From positions 23,531 to 87,530 of the forward strand of contig CAZVWR010000002.1 of the NCBI GenBank assembly GCA_964630905.1: DNA of 64,000 nt. The letters are read 5' to 3'. The notes beneath the pieces were generated by a model. It ran no database searches and had not been told where the DNA came from. It saw only the letters and a list, made by a program, of their open reading frames with translations. The translations under genes were made by a program, and so were the position numbers. Below are positions 49,904 to 60,803 of this stretch, piece by piece. The stretch is from an uncultured Spirochaetales bacterium (GTDB taxonomy: Bacteria > UBP6 > UBA1177). Position 1 is the stretch's first letter. Each line of letters begins with the position of its first letter.

Positions 49904-50180
49904 AAAAATAAATCTACAAAAATTCCATCAACACAGTCCGTTTTTCTTGATTGTTTTTCAAAAAACATTTTACCTCCAATACAAAAATTAATGAACAACA
50001 TACCAACACCATTGTAGGTATATTTAAAAATCAGAGAGCATACTATAAAAAAGCTCTGCATCAGATATGATGATTTTTTTCATCATACAGTTTTGCCGTA
50101 CATCGAGATATCGTGATAAGTCGTATGAAGTCTTGTGATGCCCTGCCGTGCCTTTTTTCCATTCTATCGGGCTGAATCAA

Positions 50181-50276
50181 AAAATGACTCAATAAGAATC
50201 GAAAAATCCTCAAAGAGAAAGCTGCATAAATCCTCAAGGGCGAAGCAGCGTTAATCCTCAATAGGAAAAACTGTGT
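50181..50276 (+). repeat. Four iteron-like units at exact 24-bp period (core AATCCTCAA.G.GAA) 3' of the recombinase gene
   Basis: aatcctcaa at 50205, 50229, 50253 plus a degenerate unit at 50181. Confidence 0.7.
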
Positions 50277-50370
50277 AAATATAACAAAACGCATCTGTTT
50301 TGTCAATAAGACGAAAAAAAAAACCAAAAAAAAGGAGCCCATTACAGACTCCCTTTTAATACAAATTTCG

Positions 50371-50916
50371 CTATAGCGAAAACTTCTCCAGCGACTCATC
50401 AATGGCATCCTGAGTTATGCCGATATACCTCAGTGTGACTGCGGGTGATGAGTGGTTGAAGATCTTCTGGAGCATGGCGATGTCCTTGCTCATGCGGTAG
50501 TAATGAAACCCGAAGGTCTTTCTCATTGTGTGTGTTCCTATCCCTTCAAGTCCTACTTCCCTGGCGGCACTGTTGAGGATCCTCCATGCCGAAACTCTGG
50601 TGAGCGGTCGCTTTCCCCCCTGCCTTGAGAGGAACAGAAACTCATCATCATCCCTGCCCCGGACATAGCAGTCGATCTCCCGCTGAAGGTTGTCATTGAT
50701 CTTGAACTTCTTCTCCTTGCCGGTCTTCTGTTCACGGATAACGATATGGCTCCGCTCCCGGACATCCTCCACCCTGAGCCGGAGCAGATCCCCGACCCTG
50801 ATGCCGATGTTTATCCCCGACACAAAAAGGAAATAGTTCCTGAAGGACTGCTCCCGCAGTATCTTCTTCATCTGCTCGATCTTTTCCTGATCCCTTATCG
50901 GATTTACACTGTTCAT
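50371..50916 (-). CDS. Small tyrosine recombinase (181 aa)
   Basis: Catalytic-domain motifs GTHTMRKTFG (H..R) and VTLRYIG (Y). Its size resembles FimB/FimE and other small inversion recombinases. Confidence 0.75.
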   Translation of the reverse strand: MNSVNPIRDQEKIEQMKKILREQSFRNYFLFVSGINIGIRVGDLLRLRVEDVRERSHIVIREQKTGKEKKFKINDNLQREIDCYVRGRDDDEFLFLSRQGGKRPLTRVSAWRILNSAAREVGLEGIGTHTMRKTFGFHYYRMSKDIAMLQKIFNHSSPAVTLRYIGITQDAIDESLEKFSL

Positions 50917-51021
50917 GGTAGCACCTCTCTTTTAAGTTATTATCTCTGATCTGAAACTTTTCTGACCTGATACTTATACCACAGAATGCCCGGTTTTTGC
51001 GTCAGAACGAAAATGCGCAAT

Positions 51022-51188
51022 CCCTTTTCCAGGCAGGGAAATAAGTTATGTTACACTCAGTGAAACACACTATGTTTTTATGTTACCCGATTTTGCTCAG
51101 TATGTTACACCCAGAAATGGTGTCTTTTAAAAGCTAATGAAATTAGGCAGTTACAAATTCATGTAACTTAATGTATATTGTGTTACAT
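51022..51188 (+). repeat. Copy 2 of the TGTTACA-rich element, with a ~55-bp internal duplication flanked by atgttacacYcag
   Basis: Aligns with 29408-29519; contains GTTACA-n6-TGTAAC-n14-GTTACA inverted repeats and four (a)tgttac(a) motifs. Confidence 0.85.
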
Positions 51189-51231
51189 ATAATAATAAAA
51201 TCCTTGCTTGTTTTCTTTGCTAATATTAATT

Positions 51232-52005
<774 letters not shown>

Positions 52006-52160
52006 TTTTACCTCTCTTTAAAGTTTGTATTTAAAAAAACTCGCACCCTTCTTTATTAGAATAAATATTACAAGATGTTAATCAAGTTTTTACGGCATAT
52101 ATGCCGTGGACAATTAATTTTCCTCACATATTGTTATTTCAACCTTTTTGTGGGAGTTTC

Positions 52161-52409
52161 ATGAAAGTCGAAAAGTTTCTGGCAGAGATTCTCCGAAGAG
52201 AGAGAAGAAAGAAAAAACTATCGCAGGAAAAAACTGCTGTTCTTGCTGGAATTGACCGTTCATATTATTCAAAAATTGAAAGGGGCGAAAATAAGCCGAC
52301 TCTTGTAATTCTTTTTAAAATCAGCAGCGTTTTCGGAATTAAACTCTCTGAAATGATTAAAGAATTAGAAGACAGAAATCCAAAAATTTACAAAAATCCT
52401 GATAAATAA
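52161..52409 (+). CDS. HTH XRE-family DNA-binding protein
   Basis: LSQEKTAVLAGIDRSYYSKIERGENKPTL. Confidence 0.6.
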   Translation: MKVEKFLAEILRRERRKKKLSQEKTAVLAGIDRSYYSKIERGENKPTLVILFKISSVFGIKLSEMIKELEDRNPKIYKNPDK

Positions 52410-52808
52410 TTTTAAAATATCGCAGTGTGTTCAGATAATAAAGAGATCCTGCTTAAAAGATCCCTTTGCAACCGGCTTTCTTCAGTGCCTCAAGTTGAAG
52501 ATTCAGTATCTGATCAAGAATGATTACCTGTGCACAACCTACTCACGATTTTCCTCCTTGAAGTTAATATGTATATTGAAAATTCTGATCTCTACAATTA
52601 CTTATAACAGAATCCCAGAAAATTTTTCGGGTCGGACTTATCTCATAAACGCCAGTTAAGCGATGTTGATTTTGAGACGGGATTTGAGACAGGTTTTTTT
52701 ATCTTCTGAAGGGTTTCATAAACCTTCGTTTTTGAGAATTAATTATTTTTCTTTATATCGACTTAGTATCTGTAAATTATATTTTAAATCCCAAAAACAA
52801 AGAGAATT

Positions 52809-52958
52809 TTAAAAATCCCATTTGAAAAGAAATATATCATTACCACCGGCACCGGTCTTACCGTCCAGAGATCCTTTGGTGTACCCGGTTACAAATATGT
52901 TACCGCTGCTGTCCACTGCAACAGAGGATGCAAAATCACCTTCGCTCGTTCTCTGTCA
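52809..52958 (-). pseudogene. Remnant of an SBBP-repeat (beta-propeller) protein gene
   Basis: Minus-strand frame QRTSEGDFASSVAVDSSGNIFVTGYTKGSLDGKTGAGGNDIFLFKWDF* preceded by an in-frame stop; no intact gene. Confidence 0.5.
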
Positions 52959-53244
52959 CTGGTTACCGTCACGCAGTGACATAGAGCCAGAGAGAAAACG
53001 GAGACTGCTCTACGGCAGACTCAGAGCAGTTAAGAGATTATTATGGCAGTTGATTAAATTTGATATGTCTTTGGAAAAAACCTATACTCCGAAAAGAACT
53101 TGCTTTGGAAAGAAGGGGTTATGAGAATGTCATATAATTGGGAAAACAATTAATATCGAGTACACATGGACATCAATATAAACTCAATGGAACAGTACTA
53201 ATATAAATTGACAGGGTGTTTTTGAAATAAACAAGGAGCAGTAA

Positions 53245-54132
53245 ATGACTGAAAAAACAAAAGTACGGAAGTATGTTATAATAATGATAACAATAGTAAT
53301 AATATTTATTATTGGATCTATACTTTTTGTGGCTACTATGAATTCTGACCTGTATGGCAGGTTGATCGAAACAAAAAAGATCCAATTCTTCAACTCTGGA
53401 AAAGAGCAGTCTGACATACTACCTGAAGTTACGCTCATTTTACATAAATATGTCCGAGAAGAAAATTCAATAGAAGCATCAATGATTCTTAGATATGATG
53501 AAAGAAAGATGTTTCAGGACCTTAAAACCGACACTTTGCAATTCGTTGTTAGGTATGATGAGGGTTCTGGTATCTTACCTTTTGGACTTAACAAGTTCTA
53601 TCATACCGACAAATTTAATGGTGAAAACTATGGCGCTGTTAATTCGGTTTTTGAAACTAACAGGTTTTTAATTCCAACTCTTCCCTCTATGTATGGTTTC
53701 CCCTTTGACGATATACAAATTATCCCAATAATCTTTTTGTATGTTAACGGAAGGAACAGTAAGCTAAATACTGTAATTCAGAAAAATATTCCTGGCAGGA
53801 CAATAGAATTCTCAGAGAATAACAAAAAAGTAATTTTTCTAACCAGACTTCCGGCAGAAAAGTATCTGGTAATGATTAGCTCCGTGGTTTTTTTATTATT
53901 GACTATATTACTTACTTATAGCCTTTTTACTACAAAAGAAGAACTGAAAACAGTTGAGGAACTTATTGCAGTAGCGGGATACATCTTGGCGACAGCAGGT
54001 TTTAAAGAGATTGTTGGCATCGATAGAAGCAATGGAACGAGTGCTTTAGAAATTCTTGTTATTTTAATTCCACTTTTATTAGTTTTTTCGGGATTAATAT
54101 ATTCATTTTATAAGGCCAAAAAAGCTGTATAG
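53245..54132 (+). CDS. Hypothetical membrane protein (N- and C-terminal TM segments)
   Basis: Hydrophobic segments IIMITIVIIFIIGSILFVA and LVMISSVVFLLLTILLTYSLF. Confidence 0.4.
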   Translation: MTEKTKVRKYVIIMITIVIIFIIGSILFVATMNSDLYGRLIETKKIQFFNSGKEQSDILPEVTLILHKYVREENSIEASMILRYDERKMFQDLKTDTLQFVVRYDEGSGILPFGLNKFYHTDKFNGENYGAVNSVFETNRFLIPTLPSMYGFPFDDIQIIPIIFLYVNGRNSKLNTVIQKNIPGRTIEFSENNKKVIFLTRLPAEKYLVMISSVVFLLLTILLTYSLFTTKEELKTVEELIAVAGYILATAGFKEIVGIDRSNGTSALEILVILIPLLLVFSGLIYSFYKAKKAV

Positions 54133-54497
54133 GATGAACAAATAATCAATAACACGAGTTCAACTTATTTGAATTTGCAAAGAAATCGAAAATCAGGACA
54201 CTTATAAAAAATTGCCTTGCTACAATGACAGGTGGTATGTATAAAATTACAAACGATTATCTATATATATGCCTACAGGAATGATGTTTTTAATGGTTTT
54301 TCAAACGCGCCTGATTGAAAATATTCACAGTTTAAGATACTGAGTGGTTTTGGTCGTCATCGTTTGTCGATGTCGGGGGATACTGATTTGGGATATATTT
54401 CGCAATTGCTCTTATAAATGATCCTGAACTCAATAAGGGCACACCTGCATTACCTAATTTTGTTAAGAAGATCGTGAAGAATCGGTAGTTAGTCGAA

Positions 54498-57400
54498 TTA
54501 ATTACCAAGATTTATCATAATATGAAACATTTCAGCATTTTCACCATGTAATGTTTTTGCTATCTTGAAGTTTCTCACATCATCAAATTCATTAGTGATA
54601 TCAATAAAACCTCGTTTCTTATCTATCAAAAAAGTGGAAGGATAGTCAATCCCAAGAACATGTGATTCATATTTATTCCAGTTTTTATCAAAATTTTCAG
54701 ACTTTTTAAGGTAATAAATTATAACATAATACCTGTTTAAATATTCAATATATTTTTCACACTTTAAAATATGCTTCTGATTATATTCTTCTGTTCCAAA
54801 AACAAGAGCTTCTATAAGTGCAAAATCTTTTCCTCTTGAACTTAATGCAAAATCAGCATTACCCGCATCCTTCCCACCGTCAGATTTTCCAGTTCTTGGT
54901 TGATCATTTATATTCCAACCCCAAATAGCAAACCTTGGCAACAAGACTGCTTGAATAAAATCATTATAATGGTTTTCCAATATTTTCTGAGTTGCAACTT
55001 TCTTTTTCAATAAAGTTTGAAGAGCTAATATCAACTCATTTAAAATAAAAACTTCCAGCTCTTTTTTATTATTAATACATTCGGGAGTTATTCTTGGAAT
55101 ATTCTTTGGTTCTTGATTAATAATGTCCTTAAAAGAGTCTTTTAATATCGGCAATCTTTCCAATTTTGAATTCTGAATTAAATCATTAACATTTTTAGAT
55201 ACATCTTTATCATGTTCCCTTATATAACACTCTGATTTTTTTATATAATTGGACGCGAACTCATACATTTCCCTTTTCTTATAAAACTCATAAATTACCG
55301 GTATCATATCTTCATCATACAAAAATCGTTTTGATAACCGATTTATTGTTTGGTCAAAACTTACAGAATCTTCAATTGAAACATAGTAAAAAACCTTGTT
55401 ACTATCTACTTCTTCTGAAAAACCTACAAGCTTTTTCTTTTCCTCTGTATCATTAAGATTTTTAATGAAATTGTCCCATTCAGCATTAGCTTTGGCAAAC
55501 ATTTCTTTTGAAAATTCTTTTTCATTTGCTTCCAATGTTTGAGCACAATATAAGTATAGAGAATATTTTACATCTTGAGGATTTTTCTTAGACAAAGATT
55601 TCAAAATTTTAACTGCTTCAGGATAGTTTTTATCTTTATACATTTTATAAATAGCTACATAAAATGTCTTAAGATCTTCATTGGAAAATTTGTTGGGACC
55701 TCCCTCCGTTTTTGGAATTTCAAGACCATAAAGAGTTTCCCAATCTTTTTCTTTAAAAGCCAAAAGTAATTTTACCTCAAACATGAAAGAGTTAAAACGC
55801 GCATCAACAGTTTTTCTTTTTATATGATGTTTCTGAACTTCTTCAATAAGTGACTTTGCAAAAGCATAATGCTGTTCTGAATTAACCGCCTCTACTAAAG
55901 CATGTTCAAGTTCTGTAATCCAGTGTGCCGAATTTATAAAATCGTCAATTTTTATTTCCTTTATTCTTTTTGAAATCACATCTTTTACTTCTTTAGAATC
56001 TGTGCTGTTAATTGCTTTTAGCATTCTTTCAAAATTGACACTTTTTAAAAAGAATTCTTTAAAAAATTCGATTTGATTCCCTTTGTTAAAATAATTCAAA
56101 GACTTATATAGCAATTTTATTAATGGGGTGTGGTAAATGTTCTTCTCACTTAAATGGAATTTTTCATTAAAAACATCAATTCTTTTATTAGATAGCTCAT
56201 CACGAGAATAATTAAATGAGTAATATTTTATTAGGCTTTCCAATTCATTTGTAGTCTTTGTAACGGGCAAACAATGTGATTCATAAGCATCACGGCTTTG
56301 ATTTATTGATGTGTGAGCAACTAATAAAGTTTTCAAATAAGTCTTAATCTTTTCATGCTGTTCTAAATTTTCTTCATCATATTCACTTTCGTCTGAATTA
56401 AAACTCAGAGAACTAATAAAATCAGAGTCTATTTTTTTGAGAAAATCATACTTTTGAAAATGTAAAAACAAACATCCCCAGTCAATTATCTCATATCCAA
56501 ACTCTCCTGTACCTCTTCTTCTGACCTTTTCTGTTTTTGTTAATCCTGAGGAACAATCTATTACAGATATTTCTTTTGCACAGTAGAACCTTATTATGTA
56601 GTCCTTCAACGATGCAACTAACTCTTTTAAGAATTTTTCTATTTCGTCTTTCTTTTCAGACTCTTCCAAACCAGAAATATAGCTGTCATAAAAATTCAAA
56701 AGCTTTATTGAAAAATCAACAACGCCTGAATCTAGGTTTAATAATCCTGTATGATTTGGACTTGGATTATCTAATTTATTGATAATATATTTAGAAAGAC
56801 TTTGGATAGAATCATTTACTAACCCATGGTTGAAGTTACTGCCAACTATTCTCTTATTTTCAATAAGATATAAAGCTTTTTGATATCTTTTTTTATAAAA
56901 ATCATGCCGATTATTATCAAACCTACCCGCCGATCTTCCATTAAAAGCTTTTTCTGCAGCATCAAGCAAAATTCTAGCGAACATATTTCCAATTTCTTTG
57001 TCTCTAGAATTAGAAATGCTTATCTTATCCAGTATAAACTCAAACATTTCAAGCCAAATTTGACTCTTTATTTCGTATTGTTCCGTCATATCGTTGTGAT
57101 TGACTTTTTTTAAGATATTGTGATTTATTACAACTTCATCGACCATTCTTAACACAACTGGAACTGTATCTGGATCATATAATAAATACGGCAGGATCTC
57201 AGGATATTTTTCAGGAACTGTCTTAAATAAAGCCCAAATTAGAAAAGGCCTCGAAATGTCTTTAAAAATGGAAATAATTTCATCATATTTACTAAAATTA
57301 TTTGATTCATTCAAAATTATCAATCTTAAAAAAGTGTGATATATATATCGAGGCCCCTCATACAAACAACAGCAATCTCTGTTTGGCCATTCAAATATTT

Positions 57401-58319
57401 CCAGATTTTTAAGCACAGCATCAATATTCTCATCTTTTAATCTAAACATTTTATCATTTGAATAACTAACTTTTATTTCATATCTTTCAAAACAATCAAA
57501 AACATTCTTTGTTGATTCATATTCTGAATTTATAAGATCTTCTTCATCAATGAGATAATTATGTGCCGACTTGCAAATTGCCAAACATTCTGACTCCGGC
57601 AAATAATTTCTCATATCGCCCACATATAATCCAGAAATTCTAATATATTCAAAAAATTGATTAAACTTTTCATCGTATGATTTTTTGTTTTTAATCAAAT
57701 GCCACAAAATTGAACCAATTTCATTTTTGAATAAATTTAATAAGTGGTGATGCCGTTTATTCCAAACATAGTCTTTTTCATCTTTTTCCATCCAAATAAG
57801 TTTTTCTTTTTTGAAATATTCCACACTCAAACCTGAGTTTTCTTCAATCAATATTTTCTCTATTACCTCTTTTGAAACGAAAACTCTATCTTCTTGAAAA
57901 TACTGTTCATTATATAAATTTAAACATTTTAATAGATTTAATTTTTTTTCAGAGATGTCATTGTTTTCTTTATCTTTTAAAACTTTCTTAACATAAAGCA
58001 ATACTTGACGAGGAATTAATGCTTGACCAGTTAAAATTCTGATCCAACCTTCTTGCTTAAAATCTTCTAAAATTAATGCAGTGCAATTCTCTTCATTATA
58101 CTTTTCAATTATTTCTAAGAATTTATTTTTACTTTTATCTGAAGATTTTAATTCTAAAATAATTCTTGCAAGAATGTATGAAAGCCTGTGTTTAAGGTCA
58201 TCTTTCCTTATAATCCAATCATTATGGCGCCCATTTCTGCTTCTGTCTAAATTATAAAACTTTAATCTTTGGCTTAATGATTCCAGTTTTATTGAATCTT
58301 GTGGCTTTATAAATGGCAT
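54498..58319 (-). CDS. Very large (1273 aa) AT-rich orphan protein, no recognised catalytic motif
   Basis: Continuous ORF. Base composition is markedly more AT-rich than flanking genes. C-terminal segment TGKSDGGKDAGNADFALSSRGKDFALIEALVF is weakly PD-(D/E)xK / Mrr-like. Confidence 0.45.
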   Translation of the reverse strand: MPFIKPQDSIKLESLSQRLKFYNLDRSRNGRHNDWIIRKDDLKHRLSYILARIILELKSSDKSKNKFLEIIEKYNEENCTALILEDFKQEGWIRILTGQALIPRQVLLYVKKVLKDKENNDISEKKLNLLKCLNLYNEQYFQEDRVFVSKEVIEKILIEENSGLSVEYFKKEKLIWMEKDEKDYVWNKRHHHLLNLFKNEIGSILWHLIKNKKSYDEKFNQFFEYIRISGLYVGDMRNYLPESECLAICKSAHNYLIDEEDLINSEYESTKNVFDCFERYEIKVSYSNDKMFRLKDENIDAVLKNLEIFEWPNRDCCCLYEGPRYIYHTFLRLIILNESNNFSKYDEIISIFKDISRPFLIWALFKTVPEKYPEILPYLLYDPDTVPVVLRMVDEVVINHNILKKVNHNDMTEQYEIKSQIWLEMFEFILDKISISNSRDKEIGNMFARILLDAAEKAFNGRSAGRFDNNRHDFYKKRYQKALYLIENKRIVGSNFNHGLVNDSIQSLSKYIINKLDNPSPNHTGLLNLDSGVVDFSIKLLNFYDSYISGLEESEKKDEIEKFLKELVASLKDYIIRFYCAKEISVIDCSSGLTKTEKVRRRGTGEFGYEIIDWGCLFLHFQKYDFLKKIDSDFISSLSFNSDESEYDEENLEQHEKIKTYLKTLLVAHTSINQSRDAYESHCLPVTKTTNELESLIKYYSFNYSRDELSNKRIDVFNEKFHLSEKNIYHTPLIKLLYKSLNYFNKGNQIEFFKEFFLKSVNFERMLKAINSTDSKEVKDVISKRIKEIKIDDFINSAHWITELEHALVEAVNSEQHYAFAKSLIEEVQKHHIKRKTVDARFNSFMFEVKLLLAFKEKDWETLYGLEIPKTEGGPNKFSNEDLKTFYVAIYKMYKDKNYPEAVKILKSLSKKNPQDVKYSLYLYCAQTLEANEKEFSKEMFAKANAEWDNFIKNLNDTEEKKKLVGFSEEVDSNKVFYYVSIEDSVSFDQTINRLSKRFLYDEDMIPVIYEFYKKREMYEFASNYIKKSECYIREHDKDVSKNVNDLIQNSKLERLPILKDSFKDIINQEPKNIPRITPECINNKKELEVFILNELILALQTLLKKKVATQKILENHYNDFIQAVLLPRFAIWGWNINDQPRTGKSDGGKDAGNADFALSSRGKDFALIEALVFGTEEYNQKHILKCEKYIEYLNRYYVIIYYLKKSENFDKNWNKYESHVLGIDYPSTFLIDKKRGFIDITNEFDDVRNFKIAKTLHGENAEMFHIMINLGN

Positions 58320-58485
58320 CTCAACTCCTTTTAATCTTAAAAAACGCCAATGATTACGAAAGATAACCTTATTGTTTCAATTGTCAATTTAAGCCACCAA
58401 AACCCAGAAAAGAACACATCCCAAAATCCCTCCATTTTTCTGTTATAAGTGTTTGTGAATACAGACATTATTTCAGGAGGAAACT

Positions 58486-59094
58486 ATGAAAGAGATCGCG
58501 AGTACTATTGCAGAGAGGGGTGCTGGTTACTGTTCCAATCCGGATCTGCTGGAATTCATTTTCGGGAAGGTCCGTCCGGATCACCGTCATGCTATCGAGA
58601 GGATAATAAATTCAGGTGAGGATCCTGAGAACACGAAGCTTCCGGGAAAGATGAAGCTGAAGCTGAAGGCGTTTTATGAGCTGGGTGCCCGGATGTTCGA
58701 GAAGGGTAAGATCCGGCTGGGGAAGAGTTCCGATGTGGCGGATCTGTGCAGGGATATGAGGACTCTGAAGCAGGAGCATTTTGTAACGCTCACGGTGAAC
58801 GGCAACAACTGCCTGATCTCAAAGCGGGTCATCTTCATCGGGACTCTCAACAAGTCAATCGTCCATCCGAGAGAGGTGTTCGCTGCGGCCATTTCAGATC
58901 ATGCGGCGGGGATCGTCCTGGTGCATAACCATCCAAGCGGCAACCCCGAGCCGAGTACTGAGGACATCATCATGACCCGTAAGCTTGCAGAAGCGGGAAA
59001 TATCCTGGGGATAGAGGTCATTGATCATGTGATCATAGCGGATTCGAATCATTACAGTTTTCAAGGTAACGGACTTATTAAGAGGGAGGTTTAA
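58486..59094 (+). CDS. radC: RadC-family JAB/MPN domain protein
   Basis: HNHPSGNPEPSTEDI JAMM-like motif; 202 aa. Confidence 0.8.
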   Translation: MKEIASTIAERGAGYCSNPDLLEFIFGKVRPDHRHAIERIINSGEDPENTKLPGKMKLKLKAFYELGARMFEKGKIRLGKSSDVADLCRDMRTLKQEHFVTLTVNGNNCLISKRVIFIGTLNKSIVHPREVFAAAISDHAAGIVLVHNHPSGNPEPSTEDIIMTRKLAEAGNILGIEVIDHVIIADSNHYSFQGNGLIKREV

Positions 59095-59097
59095 ACC

Positions 59098-60324
59098 ATG
59101 CAGATCAGTACACATGAATTTAAAAGGGCGGTTGAGAACTGCCTGCTCATCACACCGAAGAAACCGAAGCTCAGCATACTCGGGCTTCTCAAACTTGATG
59201 CCGGTAATAACAGCATCACACTTTCAGCAACGAACCTTGAAGAGCACTACTCTGTCACAGTGTCGGTCAGGAACGGCGAAGAGTTTTCGGCACTTATCCA
59301 GGGTGACCAGCTTTTGAAGGTGTTAAAGAACATTAAGAATGAAACGGTCGAGCTTGACGGTGAAAGGAATGAAACATCTGACATAGCTCATATCAGGATC
59401 GTTTCAGGTATGACATTCCGGCTCAATGCGGAAAACAGTGTCGATGATTTTCCGGGTATCCCCCGTGACGACTTCAGGAAAAGTGCGGCAGTTGAGATCT
59501 CTGATCAGAAAGTGCTTTTTGAGATCATGAAGAAAGTCCTTTTCAGCACAACTCAGCAGAATGTCAACAAGGCATATTCCGGAGTGCTGTTCTCTCAGAA
59601 GGATGATCACCTTGAAGTTGTCACGACCGACATCCACCGGCTCACAGTGGTAACAACGACTTCGGCACAGACAAAAGCCGATTTTGTGATACCGGCAGAA
59701 TCGGTAAAAAATCTGACCAGAATGTTTAAAGATGCGGCAGTTACAGAAGTTCTTCTTGCAACTGAACCGCAGGAAGAGAGTGGATCAGAAAAACCGGTTG
59801 ATGCGACAATGATCATGTTCATGACCAGCCATGAATGCTATGTCTCACGGCTTCTCAAGAACGAATTTCCCAATTACAACAGGGTTGTAGACATTGGCAT
59901 CGTTGAAAAAAGCTGGTTTGAAATTGAGAGAAAACCGCTCCTTGAAAAGCTCAAAACACTCATAGACTTCCATGCCGGAATGAAAATTGTGAGCGCAGTC
60001 TTTGACTTTGTTAACGAAACCCTCCACATCTCAACATGCGGAGGCGCTGAATCGTCCGTGCAGACAGAGATCCCCATCCGGCCCGTCAACGAAAACCCCG
60101 ACGCAGTAAAAATCACCGGACTCAATCTGAAGTACCTCCAGGAAGCAGTCAGCAGCATGGGAAGTGTCGCCGTCAACCTCATCGAAGGAGCAGAACTCAA
60201 ACCCTTCTACCTCACCGACAGACAACCCGGTTACCGGCTCTATCACCTCATCATGCCCATGAGAATTGAAAATATCAGAAGCCGGAAAGTTGCCACAGAG
60301 CAGAAAGCGACAAAAGCCGCGTGA
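59098..60324 (+). CDS. DNA polymerase III beta (sliding clamp)-like protein, divergent paralogue
   Basis: Three-domain clamp-like length (408 aa) and a DnaN-type C-terminal tail PFYLTDRQPGYRLYHLIMPMRI (compare ...YVVMPMRL); start 4 nt after radC stop. Confidence 0.55.
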   Translation: MQISTHEFKRAVENCLLITPKKPKLSILGLLKLDAGNNSITLSATNLEEHYSVTVSVRNGEEFSALIQGDQLLKVLKNIKNETVELDGERNETSDIAHIRIVSGMTFRLNAENSVDDFPGIPRDDFRKSAAVEISDQKVLFEIMKKVLFSTTQQNVNKAYSGVLFSQKDDHLEVVTTDIHRLTVVTTTSAQTKADFVIPAESVKNLTRMFKDAAVTEVLLATEPQEESGSEKPVDATMIMFMTSHECYVSRLLKNEFPNYNRVVDIGIVEKSWFEIERKPLLEKLKTLIDFHAGMKIVSAVFDFVNETLHISTCGGAESSVQTEIPIRPVNENPDAVKITGLNLKYLQEAVSSMGSVAVNLIEGAELKPFYLTDRQPGYRLYHLIMPMRIENIRSRKVATEQKATKAA

Positions 60325-60345
60325 AAAGGTTGGGGAAGAGAAAGA

Positions 60346-60372
60346 GAACCCTCCCGCCGGAAGGCGGGAGGG
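60346..60372 (-). terminator. Same CCTCCCGCC-GGAA-GGCGGGAGG hairpin as at 33385, T-tract on the minus strand, 3' of the 60386-60685 gene
   Basis: Perfect stem, read directly. Confidence 0.6.
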
Positions 60373-60385
60373 GGTGGTGAATAAA

Positions 60386-60685
60386 TTATTTCTTACCGGA
60401 AGTTAAGCCAGCCATTTTTTCGAGATCTTTTAGACGGTATCTTTTAATGCTTTTCCCGATGACACAAGGTTTAAGGAATCCTTTCACTGTAGGTGTATAA
60501 ACAGTCTGCCGGGTAACATTCAGCCATCTGGCCGCTTCCTGCTGTGTAAGAAGCACCTGCTGTACCGGAGGCTTATTTCCCTTTAAGACTGCTTTTACCT
60601 GTTTTTTCTGAAGCTCACTCACATTCGGATCGCTCTGCAATGCAGTTTCAACTATTCTGACGGTGTCCCGTTTTATCTTCTTCAT
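60386..60685 (-). CDS. Excisionase/MerR-like HTH DNA-binding protein
   Basis: LLTQQEAARWLNVTRQTVYTPTVKG...GKSIKRYRLKDLE (HTH_17 type); start at internal Met with SD gggagg. Confidence 0.55.
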   Translation of the reverse strand: MKKIKRDTVRIVETALQSDPNVSELQKKQVKAVLKGNKPPVQQVLLTQQEAARWLNVTRQTVYTPTVKGFLKPCVIGKSIKRYRLKDLEKMAGLTSGKK

Positions 60686-60803
60686 AGTTAACCTCCCTGA
60701 AATAATGCCAAAAGCAGTCTGTAAAGATTTTAGCAGATTGAAAATAAAAGGCAAAAAGGGGCGGCACGGAGTGAATGGTGAACGATGAAGAGTGACTTGT
60801 CCG

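Larger units (their letters stand above)
58412..60377 (+). mobile_element. Two-gene module (radC + dnaN-like) with its own leader and hairpin terminator; also present as a decayed copy at 32960-33412
   Basis: Both boundaries defined by comparison of the two copies. Confidence 0.6.

Noticed and set aside
50061-50408. ORF 50061..50408(-) of 115 aa
   Set aside because: Spans the iteron/A-tract region 3' of the recombinase; composition and overlap with the repeats suggest it is non-coding.
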